Positions 1 through 13,078 of a DNA stretch of 64,000 bases are shown piece by piece. The first letter of the stretch is position 1. Each line of letters starts with the position of its first letter. The notes below the pieces were generated by a model, which saw only the letters and a program-made list of their open reading frames with translations, was not told the origin of the DNA and did no database searches. Origin of the DNA: Priapulus caudatus (taxonomy: Eukaryota). The DNA lies in assembly GCF_000485595.1 (NCBI RefSeq), contig NW_014577071.1:548551-612550 (forward strand). Direction: 5' to 3'. Position numbers and translations under genes: made by a program.

Positions 1-27
1 ACACACACACACACACACACACACACA

Positions 28-89
<62 letters not shown>

Positions 90-742
90 CATCAGCTTCC
101 AACCCACCCCGCCGCCACCACCACCACCGATTCTACCACCCAGAAATAAGCACCAGCCACAAATTGCATCGGCCCCGCACAACATAATGCCAATTCTTCC
201 TGGAGCGTAACGAGGGAAATGCGCACTGATAACATCGCCAAACATCGCGCTGTCCCTTAGCACGAGAAAGCAACATAGATAGATGAGATATGATGAGACG
301 CTGCTACCGGACTTACTGCCAATGATCGCCTATACGTGCATCCAATATAGAGATCGTATGCACATGCCGACATCTATCCATCCATCTGTCTTAGCTCAAA
401 CAGAGCAATGCGATATCACCTCTCCACATACCTACGGAACGTACCGCGCGCGTGTACGCGAAATGTTTCTTTTATGATAGCCTGCTCACGATTACAACAA
501 TCATGACGTACTTCCTAGTTAATTGCTGAGATCGAAAATGTCTACAAACATCCATGAAGCTATTGACCACAATGGCAAAGCATAGACGAAAAGGGGTAGG
601 TGCATTATAATAGCATCTCTTAAAATGCCCCCGCGAGAGCAACGAGTTAAGATGCTACCGTAACTCCTCTATGGTGCGTGTCGCAGCTTGCAATTACTGT
701 GGTGCCCTTGACCAAGGCCTTCCATCTCGATTCGCTCCGGCC

Positions 743-1035
743 CAACATGTTCTGTTTGCATCTATGACAAAAACAACATACGCATATACGTCCTCCTATG
801 ACACTATTTGTCATAGGAAAATTCTTCCTATGACAAATATTGGCGAGTCAACTTCGTTCCGCTTTGCAGCTGAAATTCACTGCTTGCGTTCATAATAGCG
901 CTCCTAAACTCCTATGATGCGCACAACACATACAACAATATTTGTCATAGGAAGAATCTTCCTATGACAAATAGTGTCATAGGAGAGCGTATATGCGTAT
1001 GTCGTATTTGTCATAGATGCTAGCAGAACAGGCTG
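743..1035. mobile_element. MITE-like foldback element, family A, copy 1 (about 100-bp TIRs)
   Basis: 743-842 is the near-perfect reverse complement of 936-1035; TIRs are built from CTATGACA motifs; the same element occurs at 46556-46925. Confidence 0.85.
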
Positions 1036-1102
1036 TCCAGTCAGTTGAACCCCGACCTTCCACATACGAGGCGAGCACTCAACCATTGAGCCATCGCAGT
1101 GG
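1036..1102 (-). mobile_element. tRNA-derived SINE-like head fragment
   Basis: Minus strand reads GCGATGGCTCAATGGTTGAGTGCTCGCCTCGTATGTGGAAGGTCGGGGTTCAACT: A-box-like TGGCTCAATGG and B-box-like GGTTCAA at tRNA spacing; no complete cloverleaf. Confidence 0.55.
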
Positions 1103-1172
1103 TGACAAATAGTGTCATAGGAGAGCGTATATGCGTATGTCGTATTTGTCATAGATGCAAGTAGGACATTTG
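1103..1172. mobile_element. Orphan TIR fragment of MITE family A
   Basis: TGACAAATAGTGTCATAGGAGAGCGTATATGCGTATGTCGTATTTGTCATAGATGC is identical to part of the right TIR at 965-1020. Confidence 0.8.
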
Positions 1173-1239
1173 ATATAAGCCGGGTATAGCTTTGCCAAAC
1201 ACGCGCGTGTAGCAGGCATCTAAGTTTCTCTCGTTCCAG

Positions 1240-1361
1240 GGGACGAATGTCATGGAGTCAGCTACAGCCGAGAAGGGCATACGACACACGAGTGAATGTT
1301 ACCGCTGTGATAGAAGAACTTCTGACTGGCTACGATAACCGACTACGACCAAACTTCGGAG
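1240..1361 (+). CDS. Lcch3: GABA receptor beta-like (LCCH3-like) subunit, first visible coding exon (N-terminal extracellular domain)
   Basis: Acceptor ttccAG at 1238-1239 and donor GTAAAT at 1362. Translates GRMSWSQLQPRRAYDTRVNVTAVIEELLTGYDNRLRPNFGG, containing the conserved Cys-loop YDxRLRP motif. Entry is phase 2, so an upstream exon is implied. Confidence 0.9.
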
Positions 1362-1416
1362 GTAAATATAAAGTCCTGTAACTGTCGTATAGGTTTTATG
1401 TACATATAATTATATG

Positions 1417-1467
<51 letters not shown>

Positions 1468-1945
1468 ACTTCAGCCGGGATACCGGCGTTGCCCGGGGAA
1501 AGTCAAGTGGCCGTTACTCAGTTGGTGACCGCTTGGTTTGAAAGGAAAATACCCAAACAATCTAACTATCTATCTATCCATGCATGCATCCATGATAGCA
1601 TGCCATCCATCATATCATCCCCATCTATCCCATCGCCATCCCGTCCATCTTATCGCACGCGCATCCCGATCCAATCCGCATCCCATCCCATATCCCCATC
1701 TCAATATCCATCCCATCCCATGACATGCCATCCCATGCCATGCATCTCCATTCCATCCATCCCATCCCATCGCATCCCATGCCATCCCATGCCATCCATG
1801 CCATCCAAACAGTAAAAACAATAAGAAACACAAAAGATAAAGACATTAAATTAAAATTAAATTAAAACAGTAAGAAATTAGAAATAATACATTACTAAAG
1901 AGGTAGGTGAAGGGAATAAAATGAAAAAAGGGGAAAGATAAGTTC

Positions 1946-2016
1946 CCCAGCTTGAGACATCGAACCCGCAATCCCGGTGTAGGAGACGGATGTTCTAGCG
2001 ATTAGGTCACTGCGCC
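1946..2016 (-). mobile_element. Degenerate tRNA-like / SINE head
   Basis: Minus strand GGCGCAGTGACCTAATCGCTAGAACATCCGTCTCCTACACCGGGATTGCGGGTTCGATGTCTC has a B-box-like GGTTCGA and a degenerate A box. Confidence 0.4.
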
Positions 2017-3620
2017 GTTAAGGGCATACACCATGGATCGCCACGTACGTATGTGATTTTTAATCTGTACGCACGCGCCATCTATTGATGAATGATAATT
2101 TTATCAATTTTTTTAACTTTTTACTTTTTTACATTTTTGTTTCAAGCCGTAAGAGCCCCAGACTGCCTGATTCTGAAATATCTGTAGTGTTTTTTTCTAG
2201 GCTGGCGGAGTTCTCTAGTTTGCGAGTAACGGATTTAATTCGGCTGAACAACTTTATATATATAGATAGTATTTGTGGTTATTTGGTATAGGTATTTGTC
2301 CTGCACACACCTACCAATGGCATGTTTTTACTGGTGATGCGGTGCGTGCTGCAGACTTTGTGTGCCCTACCTTGTTGCAGTCTGGTTTATGATGCACCTA
2401 CCACGTATTCAGTTGCATTTTGAATAGATCACATGCGTATTGGCAAGCTTTGGCTGTGATGCACTATGTGCAGCAATCGCTAATGATAAACACCATACGG
2501 CGTTTAGCGTTGATGCTCTGTAAGTTCCACAGATCGGTGCCGCTGAATTGATGCATGATTAATTCGGTACACTAAATTCATGTTCTTCCCTTTCTCCGGT
2601 ATATATAGCACTCTAGATGAAATTTCAATTATGTCCATATAGTGACGTATCGAATTGCATTAGCATATGACATTTTACACACAGTTCAGACAAATGAGCA
2701 AGGCCTATTATATTGATATGAGCACCACACACACACACATCACCACCGCGCGCCGGCGCACGGGCACACGCACACGCAACACACGGGCACACGCAAGCGC
2801 GCGCACGGCCGCACAGCGCCGCGCGACGCCACCGCGACCACGCACACGCACACGCACACGCCACACGGTCACAATGCACGCGCACACACACACACACCAC
2901 ACAAACCGCAACATCCTTACATACGCACACACGACAATCACGCACGACACCAAACAACACACACGCAGCACGCACACCGAGTCCGACACACGCACACGCA
3001 CAGCACACCACACGCACACGCACACGCGACACCACGACGGAGAGGAGAGCGGGGAGGGAGAGTAGACGGGAGGGAGAGAGGAGGAGGAAGGGAGAGAGAT
3101 TATTTACCACTGTGAAAATCTAAAGAATATGCTGGTATAAATAGTAAACGAATAAACAACCTGTTATCTAGCATGTATTAAATTGTGTTTTCCAAGATTG
3201 TGTGGCAATAATGGGCTTACCATGGTGCTAACTATAGCATCACACACACACACACATTATATATATATATTCCGAGAGCATGAATTAACTGATTTTCAAG
3301 ATTGCTGTAGTGATTGAACATTAAAATCAGTAGCGGGTGAGAAGTCTTTGAAATCGGTAGTCTACATGCGTGAATCGGGTAATGTTTTGGATGTTTCTCA
3401 TTTTATAAATGGTCAAAGTGCACATACCCCCCTATATGATGGTCAAAGTTATATGTCNNNNNNNNNNNNNNNNNNNNNNNNNNNNNNNNNNNNNNNNNNN
3501 NNNNNNNNNNNNNNNNNNNNNNNNNNNNNNNNNNNNNNNNNNNNNNNNNNNNNNNNNNNNNNNNNNNNNNNNNNNNNNNNNNNNNNNNNNNNNNNNNNNN
3601 NNNNNNNNNNNNNNNNNNNN

Positions 3621-3688
<68 letters not shown>

Positions 3689-4605
3689 GCGCATATATAT
3701 ATATCAAATATATATAAACGCAATGTTGTTAAATAAATAAATGAATAAATAAAAACATACGTGTATATTTATTGAAATTCAACGATTTATTCATGTTCTA
3801 ACCGTTGAATTTCTGCCTCTATTCTATCACGTAAAAACACCCACACACGTACAGCACTTACACTTACAGCACTTACACACTTACAGCAGCGCACTACACC
3901 GCAGCTTTTATTCAACTTGCAGTTATAGTCTGTTAACCTCGCAGCAGAAGTTCCGAGAAAACTGTCGAATGATAGCCGAAACATACGCCTAAACGACCGG
4001 GTTGAAGCCCTAACAGCGATAACGACTATTGTTCGCTGGCCGTCCCTCGGGCCTCCCCATATAACATCCAACACGCGTCGCAGCAATCTCCTTTACGATT
4101 ACCGCAAGAGCGCGAATTTCTGTTGGGACGGAATATTTACCAGGCTCGACAGCTATATATGCGGCAGTGTTTAGAATATTGTCAGGTTTAGCTGGGTGTG
4201 TGTGTGCGTATGCATCGATTGGCGTGTCAGCCTCCCAGCCTCTCTATTGAGAGGCGATGGATGAAGTACGAGTCACGTGCGAGCAATTGAACGCGGTGTT
4301 CGCTCAAGTGCCTGCCATCATGGAGACACTTAACTATATACAGTATCTGTGCATCGGTATATAGCTAGGTTCGCTAAATATAGAAAGAGTCAATTCGGCA
4401 GCTGTTGTTTCCAGGAGCAGGACGCGGCTTCAGCTTAAGATATGCTAGCGTGAGTTAACTGCTTAGTGAGGGCGGTTATAGAGCGAAGGAAAAACAAGCA
4501 AGCGTTGGTAGGAGTCTTGTGTGCTTGGTTACATTTTCCGTGAAGTCGATGTGTAATCTGTGAATATAACTGGGTTGCCCCAGCGCGCGCGTGCAGACGA
4601 GAGTG

Positions 4606-4880
4606 TGCGTGCGTGCATATACACGTCCGTGTGCGTGCGCGCATATACACGTCCGTGTACGTGCGTGCATATACACGTTCGTGTGCGTGCGTGCACGTAC
4701 ACGTCCGTGTACGTGCGTGCATAAACACGTCCGTATGCTTGCGTGCATATTCACGTCCATGTGCGTGCATGCGTGCATATAAACGTCCGTGTGCGTGCGT
4801 TCATATACACGTCCGCGTGCGTGCATGCGTGCATATACATGTCCGTGTGCGTGCGTGCATATACACGTCCGTGTGCGCGT
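4606..4880. repeat. 26-bp minisatellite (GTGCATATACACGTCCGTGTGCGTGC)n
   Basis: About 10 tandem, slightly diverged units read directly from the sequence. Confidence 0.85.
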
Positions 4881-5705
4881 GTGTGCATAAGTGCATTCGT
4901 GTCTGGGTGTGGACGTGTGCGTGCGTGTGCGTGCGTGCATACGTACGTCAGTGCGTGTGTGCGTGTGCATGTGTGCCTGGGTGTGGACGTGTGTGTATAT
5001 GCGCGTATGCTTGACTATGTTATTCAATATCTCTTTGTTTATGCATAGCAGCATAGGAATGCAGCAGAAATAGATGATTGATGCATGCTGCATTGAACGC
5101 AGAGATGTAATGGGCGCAACTACATTATTAGGAGTCAATTTTCATCATATCTCCTGATAATAACATTCACGAAGAATCCCTCTTGGGAGAATATATAATC
5201 GACATTAACGCATGCGCCGCCACGCACATACGCTTGTACACACGCAGACACGCACCACGCATGCACGCGTGCACACGCTGACTCATAATTGTATGCATTT
5301 TTATTATATATATATATAAAGAGAATATATATATAGAAAGAGAGAGAGAAAGAGAGAAAAAGAGACAGAGACAGAGAAAGAGAGAGAGAGCGACAGGCAG
5401 AGAGAAAGAGANNNNNNNNNNNNNNNNNNNNNNNNNNNNNNNNNNNNNNNNNNNNNNNNNNNNNNNNNNNNNNNNNNNNNNNNNNNNNNNNNNNNNNNNN
5501 NNNNNNNNNNNNNNNNNNNNNNNNNNNNNNNNNNNNNNNNNNNNNNNNNNNNNNNNNNNNNNNNNNNNNNNNNNNNNNNNNNNNNNNNNNNNNNNNNNNN
5601 NNNNNNNNNNNNNNNNNNNNNNNNNNNNNNNNNNNNNNNNNNNNNNNNNNNNNNNNNNNNNNNNNNNNNNNNNNNNNNNNNNNNNNNNNNNNNNNNNNNN
5701 NNNNN

Positions 5706-5775
<70 letters not shown>

Positions 5776-6807
5776 ACCCCTTGTTCCCTGTTTTTCATAG
5801 AGCGCAGAGCACTGACATCGAATATGGATGTAGATTTGCTTACCTAAAATTGAAGCGGTTAAATCCGCGATGTTTTTCACGAGCCCGCGATCTTTGCTCT
5901 GATGTAATAACGTTGCAAACACGACGTGTGCACGCATTCCTGCTCCCCGTGGGACCCACCATGACAAACACCCGTCACTGTTTACGGCCGGCGCCGGAAT
6001 TTACGAAAGGTACGGGTAACGAACTGCGGCGCGTGTTGTTACAAGCTTAATACGCAATTCACATCTAATCCTTTAAAAGAGCTTTCAGACAGACACCCGC
6101 GCCACCTCATTCTTTCTCACTCAGTTCTTTTCTCGCTCAGTTCTTTTCTCGCTTACTTAGTGGTTAAATCAGGAAGCAACCGCTAACATGCAGCAAAGAC
6201 GTGTCTCGCTTCGGGGGCAGTCGGAGGTTTTACAATAGTCGATATTGACGATCCCCGTTAGCTTTCAATAAGTGTCCGAGAACTAACCACATCACTAATC
6301 GAACAGCTTGGTTTTTCTAACAGATTTGCGCGTGCTTGAGAGCTAATGACTGACAAGATCCTTAAATAAATCGTAAAGCTCAGCGTGCGTGCGTGTTTAA
6401 CCTGCTTAGGCTCGCGCAGGAAGGAAGAAGACGTTCTCAGATATCGCACAAGATAAGCAAATTAGACTATTCGCGAATTCCTCTACACGGCGAACCAGTT
6501 GGAATAACATCTGTAAAAATTATTAGCAGGCATCGTTTTTGTATCGTGTCGGAACAGCGAAAAAAACGAATAAGCGCGAAGCCATCACGCTAATGCCAAG
6601 CTTACAGCATGCCTTCACACTTTATGACTCTCGCAAGCATGAGAAAACAACTCTCGCACACACACGCACACACACGCCCGCACGCGCGCATGAACGTACT
6701 CTCACGCACCACCCACGTGCTTGTGCACGCGTACCACACGTTCGCACGCGCGCATGCATATACTTACACGCTCGTACTCGTACACGGCATTTTCGCGCAC
6801 ATGCACG

Positions 6808-6845
<38 letters not shown>

Positions 6846-6879
6846 NNNNNNNNNNNNNNNNNNNNNNNNNTCATTTCAG

Positions 6880-6947
6880 GTCCGCATTTGCCCGTTGATA
6901 TGGAAGTAGAAATAGCGTCATTTGACACGATATCCGAAGTCAATATG
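6880..6947 (+). CDS. Lcch3: LCCH3-like subunit exon (68 bp)
   Basis: ttcAG|GTCCG...AATATG|GTATGT; translates (G)PHLPVDMEVEIASFDTISEVNM; phase 1 to 0 fits both neighbours; SEVNM is typical of GABA beta/LCCH3. Confidence 0.93.
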
Positions 6948-7178
6948 GTATGTCGATATTGCTAAAGCATGTCAATTGTTGTCTCAGCAATACTCACGAA
7001 ATGCGTTCATTTTAAATAACTTATAAGAGAATTTGCAATTTAAATCTTTCTGAGAGTATTAGGAGATTTTTAGCTACTGCACGAAAACGCATGGCTGGTG
7101 TTGCTGATTAGCAATTGTTGCTTTTGTTATTTTTATTGTTTGTTTGTTATTGTTCTTGGTGGTAGTAATGTGTGGAAG

Positions 7179-7239
<61 letters not shown>

Positions 7240-8258
7240 CATGATGGTATTACTAGTTATGTTTGTACATTACGGTTATATATAACAACTAGTAATAATT
7301 AGTATTTGCCACAGTAAATGTAATATACAACATGCGTACACATACGCACCTATACCTTTATAGTAAACGTGAAAACCATATACCGGCATATACCAAATAC
7401 CCTCCCGGAAAAAACCGCCACGTGTGCCACATTTCACGAAACGGAATTCACTTTGATGTTGCGCCATTCGATCTGCGCCACGTTGCGTTTCATCTATTGC
7501 CGCCATTACAGCGTGCGCTTTCATTAACCGCAGCGAAGTGTATAGCGCGCAGGAAACGCGTGTTGCGGTCGTGAGTGAACGAGTTTCAGTTACCGTACGT
7601 CAATGGGTCCGCTTGTTGGCGACACCGATGCGCTCGCTTGGGCGGCAACGTTCCCACTTCATGTGTGTCGCGTGAATAATTAACATCGCTGAATGAAGAC
7701 ACCATACACTGGGGCAGCAGCGGCACACATACACGTGTTACACGGCGACGTTCGATTCGCTTCACGCAATTGCGCGCGCGTTGCGATCCACGAGCGAGAT
7801 GATGACGTCGATTCTTAGACTGACACCGTGAGTCTTTAATCCACGTGCGAGCTTAGCCGCGTGGAGTTAAAAGGAGCCAGTCTATTCTAAGCGCTAACAT
7901 TATGTCCTGATTGTGTGCCTAATAACGCGTCATGTCATTTCCAATACGCGGAGTGCTTTGCACGGCGAAACGCGAATCATTATCGATGAATGGGGCGATG
8001 GTGCAGACGATCGCTTCGCATTGCCGATCGTTTTCCTTACATTTCGCGCCGAGACGAATTCGTGAAGTTATCGCTTGCGTTTGGAGAGAGAACCCCCCGC
8101 GTCGCCCGCCAGTATAATGACGGCCATCTTTCGCGGTTATTGTAAGAACCGGAAAGGAACGACCGAACGGAGTCACTGCCAATAAAGGGTAGTGGAAGAT
8201 GATATCTAGCGTTCGTTGCGAATCGTCACGATGCTGGTCGTATCTCCCTCACCACGAT

Positions 8259-8550
8259 TGATAGAGATTGTTTTAGTTGATTTATGAATTTTTAAGTGTT
8301 AACTGAATTTTATCAAATAAGAACCTGTTTCCAATTTGCAGCTAAAACAGGTTCTTATGTCAAGGAGGTCTAAATGGAAAATCGTAGCCTACCAGGTTCT
8401 TAATCACTAGGTTCTTATACGCGGGGTTTTGCTGTATTATATGACACCCGTGAATAGAGAAAGAAACCACTGTTTAACATTAACACGTCCTCTGCTTTTC
8501 ATTACTACATTATAACACACAATACTATGTCACGTTGAAATTAAAATCTA
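8259..8550 (+). repeat. Direct duplicate of about 10761-11058
   Basis: TGATAGAGATTGTTTTAGTTG...AAATTAAAATCTAA occurs twice; the copies differ mostly by 1-bp indels; the second copy ends at an N gap. Confidence 0.9.
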
Positions 8551-9622
8551 AATATTATCTGAATAAGAAAGCGTAAGATGTAATACTGAGCACTGTATTT
8601 TATCGTTGATGTGGTACAATAAGCCAGACTAGCCCAACTATGTCTTCGTGAAAAATTGTAGAATGAATATCGAGCACGAAGTTGTTTTAAAATCATGGGT
8701 TCAATATTTTTCTAATAATCACCGAACGGTTAAAAATAGCACTGTATATTATTTTTACTGGAAGCAACAGCCTTACAGCGATAAACGTATCAAACGACGT
8801 TATCTACAATCTAAACGACTTCGATCATCCTAAAAATCATTATCATCATCAACATTTTCATCGTCGTCATCTCTTCATCGTAATATTTGCCGCGTCTGTC
8901 GGCCGTTATTATGCTAAGTAAGATCATTTAACATTCGTAATTCCAAAAGCCTCTTAACTTCGCGAAATCCCCCGGGGTTTGCACCCGAAGTGGATGAAGG
9001 GCCGGAACAACAGTAAAACTAATGTATTATAATAGGTCTCGTAGCGTGTTTAATAATTGCACGTTCCGTGAAGATTAACTAAATTGTGGCCAAATGGAAT
9101 TCAAATGGACTCAATTGAAACCAATGGCAACGGCAACCTAAGGCATCTAAAAATCGTTATCGGAAAATGGAATAGTCGGTGGAAACCACAAGGCATTTAC
9201 CACATAGTGGGTATCAAATATATGTCGGACTAACTCGGCGCACTGCACTTTAAGTTCGGCATGAGCATTGAATAAGGCGGTAAGATGTTTTTACCCTGTA
9301 GGTGAACTGCAATTAGTAAAGAATCGAATAAATACCGTTCGCTAATGAAGCCTTTATTGGATATCGGACGCAGACTGCGTAACCCGGTATGAAATTAGCC
9401 CTCACCACAGCAGATTGCATATTACGTTGACAGACAAAATTTCAAGAGCTGCCTTGTGTGTGAAATATGTAGTATATTTGTCGGTGTTGCAGCGAAGTGA
9501 GAACTGCTGCGACGTCGACAAATGTAGGTCGTCCTCATGAGAATGCTCCTTGGCTACACCTGCGCATTCGACCTTCAAGCCGCTACTTCCTCCTATCAGA
9601 CCTCTCCCGCGAGCTTACTATA

Positions 9623-9817
9623 GCTGAAGGAGTCGTTGTCGTATATGTACCCGAATATAGTACCCGAAGTGTCGGCGAGTATGTCGCCTACGCCTACTCC
9701 CTAACCCTAACCCTAACCCTAACCCTAACCGTAACCCCTACACCCTAACCCTAACCATATCAAATAGTTACCTCGGGCACATATTATACGCCATTATACG
9801 ACAACGATCCTTCGCGC
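9623..9817. mobile_element. Mutator-like MITE with internal (TAACCC)n, family B1
   Basis: Perfect 9-bp TSD CTTACTATA at 9614-9622 and 9818-9826; imperfect TIRs GCTGAAGGAGTCGTTGTCGTATA / TATACGACAACGATCCTTCGCGC. A 9-bp TSD is typical of Mutator/MULE. Confidence 0.8.
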
Positions 9818-10348
9818 CTTACTATACCGCAAACTAGCTCTAGCTACACCGGTATAGAGCTAACCGCACACATGCTACCCTGGATAGCTGTTATATACCA
9901 CTTACTTCTTATCCTCACGGTCTACGCCCACACAGACCCAGCTATACGCATGTAGAAATGCAGACTAGGTGAGCCAAGCACATGTACCTTGATGCCAAGC
10001 ACAACACGTGTTCAGAAAATAGCCTATAGGTTCCACGGAAATCAGTGTCTGACTGTATATTTTGCTGCGATGCATCGTTCACATAGGCCTACGCTCGGCT
10101 TGGTCAATTAAACTGACCGTTCTATCTATTTCCAATACGTCTCAACTCTCTGCACAGGTCCTCTCTGCACAGACGCGTTTGTAAATTAGATCCACGCTCG
10201 GTATCCAACGGTAGATGAAGGCAGATTAAAAGAAATCATTCATATAAAGCCATCTGGAATAATCCATATTTGGATACATTTGATAAGACAATTTATGATT
10301 GTATTTTTACAGGGGAGCAGTTTTACCGGCTTTATTATGGGCGCGATA

Positions 10349-10936
10349 CAGTAAAAACCCGCGTAAGAACCTGCATTTTCCAAGTTAGCCTAAAAATATT
10401 CTTATATAATTGGCGTTTACTAGGAAATTAGGCTATTTAGCTTCTTAAAATAATAGATTCTTATTTTCTTAAGAAAAAAAGATGCTTGTTACTGGTAGAA
10501 TATTGGTGCGGCCTATTGTTTATATAAGATATGCATATAATTAGGCCTATGTCTAAATGACTGCAATCTAGACAAACCCTATTCTAGGTTATCTTATTTA
10601 TTTTTACTTTTATACCTAATAAACATCAACAAAACAAAACTAGATTTTTATATATATATATTTACATAATATTAATTTATATTTATATTTACTTATATTT
10701 ACTTATACAGTATCTATATGTGAAGTGAAATTGCAAGAGATTTGGCTCATTTTCATTGCTTGATAGAGATTGTTTTAGTTGATTTATGAATTTTTAAGTG
10801 TTAACTGAATTTTATCAAATAAGAACCTGGTTTCAATTTGCAGCTAAAACAGGTTTCTTATGTCAAGGGGGGCTAAATGGGAAAATCGTAGCCTACCAGG
10901 TTCTTAATCACTGGTTCTTATACGCGGGGTTGCCTG
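10349..10936. mobile_element. Non-autonomous Tc1/mariner (pogo/Tigger-like) element
   Basis: TA|CAGTAAAAACCCGCGTAAGAACC ... GGTTCTTATACGCGGGGTTGCCTG|TA: imperfect TIRs starting CAG with TA flanks; AT-rich non-coding interior. Confidence 0.65.
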
Positions 10937-11058
10937 TATTATATGACACCCGTGGAATAGAGAAAGTAACCACTGTTTAACATTAACACGTCCTCTGCTT
11001 TTTATTTACTACATTATAACACACCAATTCTATAGTCACGTTGGAAATTAAAATCTAA

Positions 11059-11973
11059 NNNNNNNNNNNNNNNNNNNNNNNNNNNNNNNNNNNNNNNNNN
11101 NNNNNNNNNNNNNNNNNNNNNNNNNNNNNNNNNNNNNNNNNNNNNNNNNNNNNNNNNNNNNNNNNNNNNNNNNNNNNNNNNNNNNNNNNNNNNNNNNNNN
11201 NNNNNNNNNNNNNNNNNNNNNNNNNNNNNNNNNNNNNNNNNNNNNNNNNNNNNNNNNNNNNNNNNNNNNNNNNNNNNNNNNNNNNNNNNNNNNNNNNNNN
11301 NNNNNNNNNNNNNNNNNNNNNNNNNNNNNNNNNNNNNNNNNNNNNNNNNNNNNNNNNNNNNNNNNNNNNNNNNNNNNNNNNNNNNNNNNNNNNNNNNNNN
11401 NNNNNNNNNNNNNNNNNNNNNNNNNNNNNNNNNNNNNNNNNNNNNNNNNNNNNNNNNNNNNNNNNNNNNNNNNNNNNNNNNNNNNNNNNNNNNNNNNNNN
11501 NNNNNNNNNNNNNNNNNNNNNNNNNNNNNNNNNNNNNNNNNNNNNNNNNNNNNNNNNNNNNNNNNNNNNNNNNNNNNNNNNNNNNNNNNNNNNNNNNNNN
11601 NNNNNNNNNNNNNNNNNNNNNNNNNNNNNNNNNNNNNNNNNNNNNNNNNNNNNNNNNNNNNNNNNNNNNNNNNNNNNNNNNNNNNNNNNNNNNNNNNNNN
11701 NNNNNNNNNNNNNNNNNNNNNNNNNNNNNNNNNNNNNNNNNNNNNNNNNNNNNNNNNNNNNNNNNNNNNNNNNNNNNNNNNNNNNNNNNNNNNNNNNNNN
11801 NNNNNNNNNNNNNNNNNNNNNNNNNNNNNNNNNNNNNNNNNNNNNNNNNNNNNNNNNNNNNNNNNNNNNNNNNNNNNNNNNNNNNNNNNNNNNNNNNNNN
11901 NNNNNNNNNNNNNNNNNNNNNNNNNNNNNNNNNNNNNNNNNNNNNNNNNNNNNNNNNNNNNNNNNNNNNNNNN
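11059..11973. other. Assembly gap (largest of nine; others 3458-3620, 5412-5704, 6846-6870, 16230-16254, 29080-29542, 40504-40513, 59888-59925, 61587-62391)
   Basis: N runs, mostly flanked by microsatellites. Confidence 1.
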
Positions 11974-12010
<37 letters not shown>

Positions 12011-12014
12011 CACA

Positions 12015-12053
<39 letters not shown>

Positions 12054-12095
12054 TAGAGAGTATATAATAATAAGTAGTAGAGACGACGTAAGTAA

Positions 12096-12192
<97 letters not shown>

Positions 12193-12497
12193 TGTGCGCA
12201 TATTTACGTACGTGTGCGTGTCTCCGCGAACGCACGTTAGAACGTAGGTGTTTGCGTACGAACACGCGCATGAATTCACTCGGAATCCCAGTAAACGATT
12301 GAAGACATTCGCTTGGCGCGAATTTAGCGACAGTAACGTAATTTATCTACAAACACATCGTGACTTCGTCGCCATCGCGACAAATATCACTTTATTACGG
12401 CAGCGTTGTGAAGGCATGACAACGCTTGATGAGCAACAGTATTAGCGCCACGAGACAGGAAGCAACAAGGGGCCTGAGACGAACTCGCAAATCGAAT

Positions 12498-13046
12498 GAC
12501 TGGCAGACACGATCCGTATAGATCGAAACCGAACACCCTGGGTTGGTACAGCGGCAATATGGCCATCGCACTGGTTCAATAGAGCAGCTGTTTTCATAAC
12601 AACTAGCATAACACACTTATTCGGCAACGATATACATGGGTAAATTATGATGTGTGTGCATTACTCGTATTAAGTGCAGCCACTAATATGGCGGCGACGT
12701 TATGAGTACCACGTCACAAACGTGAGAATAATCGACAGCCATGCAACGTTGGGCTTTTGAATAATAACACGGATACATGGAAAGGATACCCAGCTACACG
12801 CGCAATAGTGTGCGGTAATTATTAAATTTAGCATTACGAATGATCGACGAATAAACGCACATTAATAACAATAGTAATAATAATAATAATAATATTAATA
12901 ATATTAATAACTTTTAATAATAATATTAAGAAGAAGAGGAAGACGATGAAGAAGAATAGGAGGCGGAAAAAGAAGAAGAAGACGAAGAAGAACAAAAACA
13001 AGTCGAAGAAGAACAAGAACAAGACGAAGAAGAAGAAGAAGAAGAA

Positions 13047-13078
<32 letters not shown>

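Noticed and set aside
1036..1102. Functional tRNA gene
   Set aside because: Acceptor and T stems are incomplete and it is truncated by the MITE; treated as a SINE-like head.
671..1152. Repeated peptide ASMTNTTYAYTLSYDTICHRKILPMTNI (also at 46553-46807)
   Set aside because: It is the translation of MITE TIRs and appears on both strands; not a gene.
1247..1249. In-frame ATG as the start codon of the receptor
   Set aside because: No hydrophobic signal peptide follows and a good splice acceptor lies immediately upstream; the true first exon is probably further 5'.
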